NCBI GenBank assembly: GCA_024275415.1
Contig: JAJRZD010000085.1
Span: forward strand, 1 to 32,000
Direction of reading: 5' to 3'
Length of the DNA stretch: 32,000 bases
Origin: an archaeon
GTDB taxonomy: Archaea; Asgardarchaeota; Thorarchaeia; Thorarchaeales; Thorarchaeaceae
Positions 16,026 through 24,548 of the stretch are shown here, piece by piece; positions within the stretch are counted from its first letter, which is position 1; each line of letters starts with the position of its first letter. The translations under genes were made by a program, and so were the position numbers. The notes below the pieces were generated by a model. The model was not told where the DNA came from, searched no databases, and was given only the letters and a program-made list of their open reading frames with translations.

Positions 16026-18691
16026 TTGTAATGCATCCTCTCTTGGCCTTTGCCTTTAGAGGTCGTCACAAGACAATACGTATCCTTCTCATAGCTGTGC
16101 TTTTGTCTGTGCCTATAGTGACACTTACGTCATCTGACTATCTGACTCTTTCAACACTTCGAGATATTGAGAATGATATGTTGTTGGTTGTACAAGTTTC
16201 ACATACCGATTTGAACTTGTTTCTATCGTCGCTAGAGAGTCTACAGCAGAACACCGACCTCCGGAATGTCAGCGCTTTAAGCTTCACATTTCTTCATGAC
16301 ACTTGGCTTGTCGCCCCAGAAGGTGCGACAGGTACAACTATTGCCCTAATCGGGCTGGAGAATTGGATCAGTCCAGATGATGTGGTCGCAACTGACTCGT
16401 ATACGGCAAGGCAATTGAATCTGAAACTTGGTGACAAGGTGAATCTCACAGATACAGAGAACAAGTTCAACAAAACCTATACATTAACGACTGCTCCTGA
16501 ACTAACCGAGTATCAAAACGCACTCATTACTGAATTAGAACAATCCTCGCTTTTAACAGGAGAATCTTTTGGATCCCGCTTGTACGGGTCGCTTCCGTTT
16601 CTCTATTCTGAATCGCTCGACATTTTGACAAAGATTGAACTTTATCCAATGGTTTCTGTGAATTTGGTAGTCTTTGCTTATCTGCGACAAGGAATCACCA
16701 CTGGGACGTTCTCACAAATCAGTGATAATGTAAACTCGATTGTTGAATACGTGACTACCTCTTTGTCTGGCGTCGGAAACGTGAAAACTCTCAGGGATCC
16801 ACGTTCTCGATTGGAGTCGGTTCGCCTTGCTTATGATCAACTAGAATGGAGTCTCCAGACAATAACTCTCCCAAGTATTGCCGGCTGCATGGTGTTTCTT
16901 TTCGTCGCTGCATGGATTCACTTTGAGGGGATTGCAACAGAGCGTCATCGTTTGGCTGCACGAGGCGTTTCAAAAGAGCAGTTTGTTGCTGCCAATTTGC
17001 TAGAATCAGCAGTTATCGGAGGTTTGGGAGGGCTGCTCAGCATCCCGGCTGGTGCGTTCCTCTCAATGATCGCATTTGGATTCTCTCCCACAGAATGGAT
17101 CACTTGGTCTGATATTTTGTGGCAGAATCCAAGTTTCACAATAGGAATCACAGTCATCCTATCTGTAACCATCTCCCTGATTGCAGCTTACGAAGCACTC
17201 AAGTCATTAGATGTCACACGAAAGGCGGTTTTGAAGACTACCTCGGGAATCATCGGTATTTTAGTCCTGCTTGCTGTGTTTACCGATATAACTCTCGGGT
17301 TTCCAAGTTTGCTTTTTGTACGTAGTTTGAGTTCAGGTATTGACAATCTGACGGCTGACTTTGTTATCAACGCACTTGCATTACTCGAACTAGTTATGTT
17401 CGTGTTAACACCAGTTCTGGCACCACTTTTCGTTTCTCGTGCTTATCCGAGCTGGAATCGGCCATTTCGAAAAGTTGTGTCCAAGCTTCTAAAAGTGGAT
17501 GTTCTCGTTACAAAATCCGTAACGGCTAAGAAGACTCGTCGTTTTCGTTTTGTGTTCTTGGCGATGATCATCGCTTTTATTCTAAGTGCACCAATCCTTG
17601 CATATTCTGCACATGAGTCAATGAAGAGCGCAGACCAACGTCTTGTTATCGGGGGCGACCTCAAGGTCACACTCTATGGGCTCAATACAACATTCTCTAG
17701 CAGGAATTTAACCTCGGCACTATCTTCTATTGAGGGAATCTCAACGGTAGCGTGGGCTGGTGAGCTACAAGTGCTGGCTGGTTTTGCCCGTCCTCTCCTC
17801 GAAAGTTCCTCGCTACTCGTTGTGTCGGATGAGTACTTTCAATTGAACATGGTACGAGAATACTTTTCCGAAGTCCCCCCATCTGCAATCTTGAGCGAAT
17901 CGTTGGCTAAGACAGTCGAGAGTCCTTCAAGTGTTTTTGTTGAGATTTCAAATAATGTTGCAGCTCTCAACGTATCAGGTTTCTTCCAGTTTGCACCAGG
18001 TTTTCACCATTCACCACTTCAGTTTCAAAAACTCGACAATGCTGTCCTAATGACCTTAGCCTATTATGAAACTCAGTTGGGCACTCTTAACACCTCTACC
18101 TCGCAGTTGGTTGTTGATGTCCAAGATGGCTATCGCTTCAACGAAGTGACTGCCCAAGTATTCAGTCTACTGAACACAACCATAGGCGACCCGAGTAGAT
18201 TCTCAATCACGACATTTAGTAGTGATGCTCTCCTTGGTGTTGAGTACCGGATTGCAATTGCCGCACAAGCATTTCTAGTTCTTGTGGGAACTATAGCATT
18301 AGGTTTCGTGATAAGTCTGGATGTCCGTAATCTTAAGCCTGAAGCCACAACACTTTGGCTTCGCGGAGCCTCACACAGGCAAGTTATCATAGGGATTCTC
18401 ATCGAAGAGGTCGGAGTTCTCATACCAACTTTCTTCTTTGGACTTCTCACCAGTTTCAGCTACTACTATGGATTGTCCATCGTATTCCTGCTCCTGCTCG
18501 ATTCCTCAATAACAAGATTGCCACAGGGCTATATCATTCCAATCCCCATGGTTCTTGTTGTGATACTGCTCTTTCTATTCATCACATTGGCAATTACAAC
18601 ATTGATAGAGGTAAAACGCTGGAGTACAGTTCAATATAGTCGGGATGTTGAGGTCTTAGCCTATCGAGATGCTGACAGAACACGGTCATGA
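16022..18691 (+). CDS. FtsX/MacB-like ABC permease (type VII), copy 2
   Basis: Same two-unit architecture (ERHRLAARGVSKEQF and EATTLWLRGASHRQVI). Overlaps the ATPase stop; the true start may be the ATG at 16031. Confidence 0.8.
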   Translation: MIVMHPLLAFAFRGRHKTIRILLIAVLLSVPIVTLTSSDYLTLSTLRDIENDMLLVVQVSHTDLNLFLSSLESLQQNTDLRNVSALSFTFLHDTWLVAPEGATGTTIALIGLENWISPDDVVATDSYTARQLNLKLGDKVNLTDTENKFNKTYTLTTAPELTEYQNALITELEQSSLLTGESFGSRLYGSLPFLYSESLDILTKIELYPMVSVNLVVFAYLRQGITTGTFSQISDNVNSIVEYVTTSLSGVGNVKTLRDPRSRLESVRLAYDQLEWSLQTITLPSIAGCMVFLFVAAWIHFEGIATERHRLAARGVSKEQFVAANLLESAVIGGLGGLLSIPAGAFLSMIAFGFSPTEWITWSDILWQNPSFTIGITVILSVTISLIAAYEALKSLDVTRKAVLKTTSGIIGILVLLAVFTDITLGFPSLLFVRSLSSGIDNLTADFVINALALLELVMFVLTPVLAPLFVSRAYPSWNRPFRKVVSKLLKVDVLVTKSVTAKKTRRFRFVFLAMIIAFILSAPILAYSAHESMKSADQRLVIGGDLKVTLYGLNTTFSSRNLTSALSSIEGISTVAWAGELQVLAGFARPLLESSSLLVVSDEYFQLNMVREYFSEVPPSAILSESLAKTVESPSSVFVEISNNVAALNVSGFFQFAPGFHHSPLQFQKLDNAVLMTLAYYETQLGTLNTSTSQLVVDVQDGYRFNEVTAQVFSLLNTTIGDPSRFSITTFSSDALLGVEYRIAIAAQAFLVLVGTIALGFVISLDVRNLKPEATTLWLRGASHRQVIIGILIEEVGVLIPTFFFGLLTSFSYYYGLSIVFLLLLDSSITRLPQGYIIPIPMVLVVILLFLFITLAITTLIEVKRWSTVQYSRDVEVLAYRDADRTRS

Positions 18692-18859
18692 AACTGCCGG
18701 TGTTCCCTTCACTGATCTCCCTGCTTGGTTTCTGTCCAAAAATGCAGGAATTCAGAGGCAAAGTAACCAAGGCATAATATACAAGCATTATGATTCGTCA
18801 TACAATGAGATCAAAACGCAACATTAGGATTATCCCGAGGTGTGTTAAGAGGTGATTTA

Positions 18860-19024
18860 TTGGACAGAACTCCTTGCTTGAACCACTTTCTTAAGATTAA
18901 CAAAGATGACATCGGAATCGATTTCTACTGCCAAAAGGTTGGCGAATCTTATTCAGTTCGGGGCCCACAAAGAATCATCATCACAAATGTGGAAAACGAT
19001 AGTGGATTAGTGAGTAACAATTAA
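18860..19024 (+). CDS. Possible 54-aa small protein or gene remnant
   Basis: GAGGTGA 4 nt before a TTG. MDRTPCLNHFLKINKDDIGIDFYCQKVGESYSVRGPQRIIITNVENDSGLVSNN*; no recognisable family. Confidence 0.3.
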   Translation: MDRTPCLNHFLKINKDDIGIDFYCQKVGESYSVRGPQRIIITNVENDSGLVSNN

Positions 19025-19079
19025 TTAGAGGAGTGGCGACCTAGAGGATAGAGTCCCGTAGATAATCGGAGGCGCAATA

Positions 19080-19730
19080 TTGTTTGAGATGATTCAGGAG
19101 CCTGACCGCGGTTCATCAATCTCTAAGGTGCTTGTACATGTACTGGTTCCAGGCGAACCAGATGCTGAAAGCAAAGATGGACTGTCTGAGCGAGGAAGGA
19201 GTCAAGTATTTGAGCTTGCCCGATCACGACTACTGGCCGCCCCTGCTAAGATATATTCGTCAAAGTCCAAGGATTGTGTGACTACTGCGGATATACTTGT
19301 GAAAGAGCTATTCTCCTCCTTATCCATTCGAGATTGTCTAGATGAAGTCGACCTGGATGCGAAGGCACTCGATGATGCATTCCTTCGAAATGAAATGCCT
19401 AAAATCTGGGATGATTTTGACTATTCATATGGTTCAGGCGAGAGTCTTCAAACAGGACGGGCGAGAATCTCATCGTGCATCAACGCTCTTGTGAAACTGC
19501 ATCCCGACTCGACAATTGGAGTGGTTCTTCCTCCTATCGCTTCAGTACTTTTCTATCGACTCGTTGTAGGTGGCTCTCCTCAAATTGAGGACTGGCTCTA
19601 CCTTGGTTTTGCCTCTTGTACTACCTATGAATACTCGAAGAACGGCTGGACGCTCGTAATGCCCCCCGAAAATAGTTTTCTTACTGAGCCTTCAACAGTG
19701 ATAGACATATTGCCATCAGGGATTTTCTAA
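19080..19730 (+). CDS. Histidine phosphatase (PGM-like) fold protein lacking the catalytic residues
   Basis: Scaffold motifs GLSERGRSQ, KIYSS, TTADIL, LDEVD and GES..R are present, but RHG reads VPG and the second SHG reads LPP. GGAGG lies 7 nt before the TTG. Confidence 0.75.
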   Translation: MFEMIQEPDRGSSISKVLVHVLVPGEPDAESKDGLSERGRSQVFELARSRLLAAPAKIYSSKSKDCVTTADILVKELFSSLSIRDCLDEVDLDAKALDDAFLRNEMPKIWDDFDYSYGSGESLQTGRARISSCINALVKLHPDSTIGVVLPPIASVLFYRLVVGGSPQIEDWLYLGFASCTTYEYSKNGWTLVMPPENSFLTEPSTVIDILPSGIF

Positions 19731-19735
19731 TTCTG

Positions 19736-19768
19736 AAAAAAAAAGAAAGAGGGAGGGAAGTCCTCCCT
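19736..19768 (-). terminator. Hairpin plus long U-tract terminating the surface-protein gene
   Basis: Minus strand AGGGAGG-ACTTC-CCTCCCT followed by CTTTCTTTTTTTTT, 10 nt after the TAG. Confidence 0.75.
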
Positions 19769-19778
19769 TGACATTAAA

Positions 19779-22700
19779 CTACCGTCGCCGTCTGATAAGG
19801 ACACACGCAATGACAACGACCACAAGTACACCGGCAACCATGACCATTAGACCTGCGTTTCCGCCGCCACCTGTTGGGATGCTGCCGGTACCAGTGTCAG
19901 TACCTGTGATGGTGCCAGTTGTGGTCGTATCAGTCGTACCTAATGGTGTCTGCTGGGCACTCGTGTACGACACGAACACTGGGTCAACGCGAACCTCCTG
20001 ACCACCCCAATGGGTGTAACCTGCTGTCATGAACAGCATGGAGGCGTCCACGTTCCATTGTGTGACAGACTCACCAGACTCAGATTCGTACATGACGCTG
20101 AATGCGCCGATGGGAACAGTAGATGATCCAGAGGTATAGTTGGTGGAATATCCGTCGCCCGCCCATGTGTAGGGCATTCCGCCCATCGACACATTAGCGA
20201 AGGGACTGTCCTCAGCACCGAATTCATAGTAGTCAGCCGTCAGGCTCTCACCATTGGTGTCAGTGACAGGCTGTTCTCCTGCAGTATATTCTGTCCGAGT
20301 TGCAGTGCCCAAGATGCCAAAGAAGTTCACTGCGAGCCCTCGGTCATCAAGAACCGAATCGTCGAACTCCTCTAGATCCCAGTCACCTATCTTCTGGTCA
20401 ACCTTGAAAGCGACTGCATGGTTCCATGTCTGCTCGTCCTCGGGGTCGTACTGAACCATGTCCACACTAAAGGTGATGTCGAATGCCATCTCAGTGATGT
20501 TGGCATGGGTGATCCAGTAGTCGAAGTTGGTCCTGTTCAGTCCCAACGCGCCCTCATAGGACTCGCGGAACGCCCAGGGCCCACGAAGGCCATCGGAGTT
20601 CTCGACCTGTAACGGATAGAGGGTCACCGACACGTTGTAGATCGAGATACCAAATGTGACAGTGGTGTTCGCATCTACCGTGACATTGCCTGTGTCGTTG
20701 GTCGCACCGAATGGTCGTCGAAGCTCAAGCGATTCGATGTCATCAATCAGGACGACATGAGTGACCTCGTCCGTCTGGATCTCACCTTCCTCGATTTCAA
20801 AGTCTGGAGCTTGGTTCGGCTGTAGTGGACCGTTACCATCTGGATCGAGATCATTGAAGATGAGCATGCCAGCATACTCGGCCTGGAATCCTGCGTAGGT
20901 AGCACTTGTGGCACTTGTCGCGACATTGAACCACTGGTTTGTGCCCCATGCGAACCATGAGGTCTTCCAGTAGTTGCTGTCGAGACCTGTGATTGCGCTA
21001 AGGTCGATGGTACGGTTCTTGGAGAGCCATGCTACCCAGAGGTATCCTGGTGCTGCGATCTCGTTGTCGTAATCCGCCCACATGGTTTCCTGAACATTTG
21101 CCATCTCTGACGAGTTCAGCTTGGAGAAGTCAGAGGCATGATACCAGTAGAAGGTCTCATTTGCCTTGAACTCGACCTCGAGTGTGGCGACGCCCATCCA
21201 GCTGTTAGAGTGGAACTCATCGCCATCCTCACCTGGGGATGGGTCGAACAGGACTCCTACCCACATACCTTCGACAGTCGTGTTGCCCCAGCTGTCAAAG
21301 TAGCCTGTACGCTTGACAAAGTACTGGTCTTCAGTGGTGAACACATTGCCATCAAGATCGATAGCACCGTCCTCAGTGACTGTCCACTTCTGTGGATCCC
21401 ACATTGAAAGGTTGCCAATGATTAGATGTGCGGGGCTCCATATCATCTGATTTGAATCAAACTCTTGGAATGTTGAGCCAGATACATCTGGATTTGTGAA
21501 ATTCATTGTATTCGGATACATGACGAAGTTGTTCAGTCCTGCTTGCGAGATGTTTAACTGCCATGCCTGACGAACACCTGAAACCATCCGAACTTCGTCT
21601 ATCTTCATTGCAGGCGTGTCATTTGCGAATTTGATGTCGAAATTCAATGCCAATTCATTGTTCCCAATTGAGAAGTTGTGATTTAGAATGATAATAAAGT
21701 CATCAATCTCATTTAGGGTGTAGCTGATGAATGTGCCATTGAACCAGTACATCCATTCTTCCACACTAGAATTGACGTATGATAGGTCATTCTTCATATC
21801 TAAAGTGATGTTCTGTTCGGCACGAACACGCCATCGATGGGTCTCGTTGTTCATAATTCCCTCGGAAGAGAAGGATAAGGTAATGTTGTCTCTGATAGTC
21901 GTTACATTGACACCCGCGATGTCATATAACGTGCCATCAACATCAACATTTGTCCAATTCAATGGAATATAGACAGTTCCGTTGATTTCCTCTGTTGGCG
22001 CATGGACAATCAAAGACATATTGAGGATATCGCCAGGGTCAGCCCGTCGAACCACCTCGCCATTCATCCGCACAAATCCTTCCATGAAGGCGTCTTTGAA
22101 TCCAAGCCTCACGGTGTGATGAAGATCAATCTCTGGACGAGCATAAAGGGGTTCACTGTTCGTGTCGTTAACCGCCCATAACCAGGGCTCTCCCTTTATG
22201 GTTCCACCGCTCTTCATTTGATCTGGGTTCATATCCGTGAAATTAGTATATTGCCCAGTCCAAGAGATGAGTGCACCTGAATGTTTGACATTGACATCAG
22301 TTGAAATATAGAACTTTGTCAAGTCAACTGTTTCATTAACTTGAAAGTCTATCGTAGGAACCCATTGCATGATCTGTGTGTTCCAACTCCAAGATACATC
22401 TTGCATGTAACTCACAGTGGCATATGCATTTGTTCCATTGTACACAAACGTTAGCAGCGGCCACGCCTCAGTAACAGGCGTCCAGCCAGTGAGGAATCTT
22501 CGATAGTCATTAGGCATCGCATAGGATACACTTTGCTTATACTTCGGGTCAAATGTGATGTATGAGAATGGAACCTTCACTTCACCAAACTCGACGTTGG
22601 CAGAGATCTGGAATGTGAAATTATCATAGGCATCCACATAGTGAAGGATGTTACCATCGTTGTCGATCACCTCGGCATAATAGCGTTCTGGCAATGCAAA

Positions 22701-23387
22701 GTGACCTACATTCACCTCTTTCCCAAGACCTATGGGTGGGGTTTCAAATGTGCCTGACTGAAGCCTTGCTAGCCATGAGGGGGTCACTGGTCGTCCTTCT
22801 TGGTCGATGGCTTTCATCCCTGTCCAGAATATCCCTGTTCCAATATCAGCAATGAAAACAATGTTGAATGAAACAAAGTATTCGTCCTCAGTTTCAGTGA
22901 ACACGGAGTTTGCTTCGTTATGGGACAAGAACTCTCCCGTGCTTGGCTGTTGACTACCGGGTTCGTATCGTACTGAGATTGCTTCCCATTCATCTCCAGT
23001 CACGTTATATCCGAGGCCAAAAGCTGAAACGGCATCAACACCTTGCATGTAACCCCAGAAACCAACACTGCTCATGTTATTTCCTACACCCATGAAGGCT
23101 TTTGGAACAGTGATGTTCACAAAGAGGCTCGTATTGACCTCGACTCGGAATCCATTCTCCTCGATAGAGGTCATGTTCTCGGCATATCCGACCCACACTG
23201 TTGGTTGTGGACCGAATATCCACTGCGAATTCTGATCATGTCTCTCGTGTTCGTTGAACTCATCGACCACCTGCCATGACACCTGAAGCTCGGGATCTGA
23301 TGATGCTTGGGCAAGTGTAAGACCGTTCATGCTGAACACGCTCACGACCAGAATCGTGATTATTAGTAGCGTATTCTGTTTTTTCAT
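19779..23387 (-). CDS. Large cell-surface / S-layer-like glycoprotein with signal peptide and C-terminal membrane anchor
   Basis: MKKQNTLLIITILVVSVF signal peptide, about 36 N-x-S/T sequons by hand count, Thr/Gly linker, TM LMVMVAGVLVVVVIACVLI followed by RRRR. GGAGG SD. Confidence 0.8.
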   Translation of the reverse strand: MKKQNTLLIITILVVSVFSMNGLTLAQASSDPELQVSWQVVDEFNEHERHDQNSQWIFGPQPTVWVGYAENMTSIEENGFRVEVNTSLFVNITVPKAFMGVGNNMSSVGFWGYMQGVDAVSAFGLGYNVTGDEWEAISVRYEPGSQQPSTGEFLSHNEANSVFTETEDEYFVSFNIVFIADIGTGIFWTGMKAIDQEGRPVTPSWLARLQSGTFETPPIGLGKEVNVGHFALPERYYAEVIDNDGNILHYVDAYDNFTFQISANVEFGEVKVPFSYITFDPKYKQSVSYAMPNDYRRFLTGWTPVTEAWPLLTFVYNGTNAYATVSYMQDVSWSWNTQIMQWVPTIDFQVNETVDLTKFYISTDVNVKHSGALISWTGQYTNFTDMNPDQMKSGGTIKGEPWLWAVNDTNSEPLYARPEIDLHHTVRLGFKDAFMEGFVRMNGEVVRRADPGDILNMSLIVHAPTEEINGTVYIPLNWTNVDVDGTLYDIAGVNVTTIRDNITLSFSSEGIMNNETHRWRVRAEQNITLDMKNDLSYVNSSVEEWMYWFNGTFISYTLNEIDDFIIILNHNFSIGNNELALNFDIKFANDTPAMKIDEVRMVSGVRQAWQLNISQAGLNNFVMYPNTMNFTNPDVSGSTFQEFDSNQMIWSPAHLIIGNLSMWDPQKWTVTEDGAIDLDGNVFTTEDQYFVKRTGYFDSWGNTTVEGMWVGVLFDPSPGEDGDEFHSNSWMGVATLEVEFKANETFYWYHASDFSKLNSSEMANVQETMWADYDNEIAAPGYLWVAWLSKNRTIDLSAITGLDSNYWKTSWFAWGTNQWFNVATSATSATYAGFQAEYAGMLIFNDLDPDGNGPLQPNQAPDFEIEEGEIQTDEVTHVVLIDDIESLELRRPFGATNDTGNVTVDANTTVTFGISIYNVSVTLYPLQVENSDGLRGPWAFRESYEGALGLNRTNFDYWITHANITEMAFDITFSVDMVQYDPEDEQTWNHAVAFKVDQKIGDWDLEEFDDSVLDDRGLAVNFFGILGTATRTEYTAGEQPVTDTNGESLTADYYEFGAEDSPFANVSMGGMPYTWAGDGYSTNYTSGSSTVPIGAFSVMYESESGESVTQWNVDASMLFMTAGYTHWGGQEVRVDPVFVSYTSAQQTPLGTTDTTTTGTITGTDTGTGSIPTGGGGNAGLMVMVAGVLVVVVIACVLIRRRR

Positions 23388-23537
23388 CGTTGTTTACCTC
23401 CAACGGATAGACGCAAGGAATTTCGTATACCTTGTTGACTCCTTATTCCTACACGACAAAGTATCTATCATTGGTACAGTCCTCACGTCCGCTGATAGAA
23501 GAAACCGATTGACTGCACGAACACCAATGACTATTTC

Positions 23538-23545
23538 ATATTAAA
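23538..23545 (-). promoter_or_regulatory. Candidate TATA box (TTTAATAT) for the surface-protein gene, implying a leader of about 130 nt
   Basis: Best TATA-like element in the 194-nt gap, about 150 nt upstream of the ATG at 23387. Confidence 0.35.
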
Positions 23546-23581
23546 GGGCGATGTATGAATCATCTAGAATAATCATCTGCA

Positions 23582-24547
23582 CTATTTTCGCGCAAAATAG
23601 ACACCGTTGATGAATTCTAATTTACCTTCTCCGCGCTCTTGAAGGACTTTTACTAGGTCAAGGGTTTCCGCCAGCGCTAGGATAAGCTGGTTCGCATCAT
23701 ACTCGCCATAGAGCATACGAGAAAGATCGTAGATTGAAATCGGGGTTGAAGACAGCACCTGTCTGACATGATGCATCTTCACATCGTAGTCTTTCAACAG
23801 GGTATCTATCCGTCCCTCAATGTTGGAGATCAACTTTCTGTGTCCCGGGAATGCCAAATATCCTGAGAGCCCTCTGACCTTCTCCAGCGAATCAAGATAG
23901 TTTAGAAGCGATATGCCCATGGCTCCCTCAAAATCGAGGCTTGGGTTTGACGATATGTCACCTAGGATATGGTCGCCTGTGAAGACAACGTGGGGCTCGT
24001 CAAGCACGTAACACAGGGAGCCAAGGGAATGTCCCGGGGTCCATATAACCCGCAGATGACCCTGACCTGTTTCGATCTTTTGCTCCTCCGTGGCATATTT
24101 GACTTCCTTAACGGACTCGCCGAACTTCATGAAATACTCGGTGAGGGTCTCACGAGGCCCTAACAGTCCATCAACAGGAGCCCCCGATTGAGTTGCGATC
24201 CTCTGATATGCTTGCACTCGGTCTACAATATAATCCTCGTACTCGGTGAGTCGTTTGGCATCTCTTTCGTGTATCCAGACATCAACTGTGAAGTCGCTCT
24301 GGTCTACAATTGTTCTGACGAGACCTATGTGATCCACATGACCGTGGGTAATACATATCTGTTCTATATCGCTGATGGACTGACCTACCTCTCTAAGCCC
24401 ATTTTCCAGTTGTTTCAATGCTATTGATGATTTGACACCAGTGTCGATGAGGGTCAAGGGGGTTCCTTCTATCAGATAGCAGTTCACAGCGCCCACAGGG
24501 AATGGTGTCGGAACTTTGATCAGATGTATCTCTTGGATGTCCTGCAA
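23582..24547 (-). CDS. MBL-fold metallo-hydrolase (glyoxalase II-like) with C-terminal winged helix
   Basis: THGHVDHIG (HxHxDH), TPGHS, FTGDH, FPGH. Start moved to the TTG at 24547 (GGAG upstream, 1 nt after the upstream TAG) to remove a 125-nt overlap. Confidence 0.88.
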   Translation of the reverse strand: MQDIQEIHLIKVPTPFPVGAVNCYLIEGTPLTLIDTGVKSSIALKQLENGLREVGQSISDIEQICITHGHVDHIGLVRTIVDQSDFTVDVWIHERDAKRLTEYEDYIVDRVQAYQRIATQSGAPVDGLLGPRETLTEYFMKFGESVKEVKYATEEQKIETGQGHLRVIWTPGHSLGSLCYVLDEPHVVFTGDHILGDISSNPSLDFEGAMGISLLNYLDSLEKVRGLSGYLAFPGHRKLISNIEGRIDTLLKDYDVKMHHVRQVLSSTPISIYDLSRMLYGEYDANQLILALAETLDLVKVLQERGEGKLEFINGVYFARK

Positions 24548-24548
24548 C

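Noticed and set aside
19860-19945. Thr/Gly-rich repeat-like stretch in the surface protein
   Set aside because: Low-complexity stalk with degenerate codons, not a DNA tandem repeat, CRISPR or DGR variable region. No reverse transcriptase in the window.
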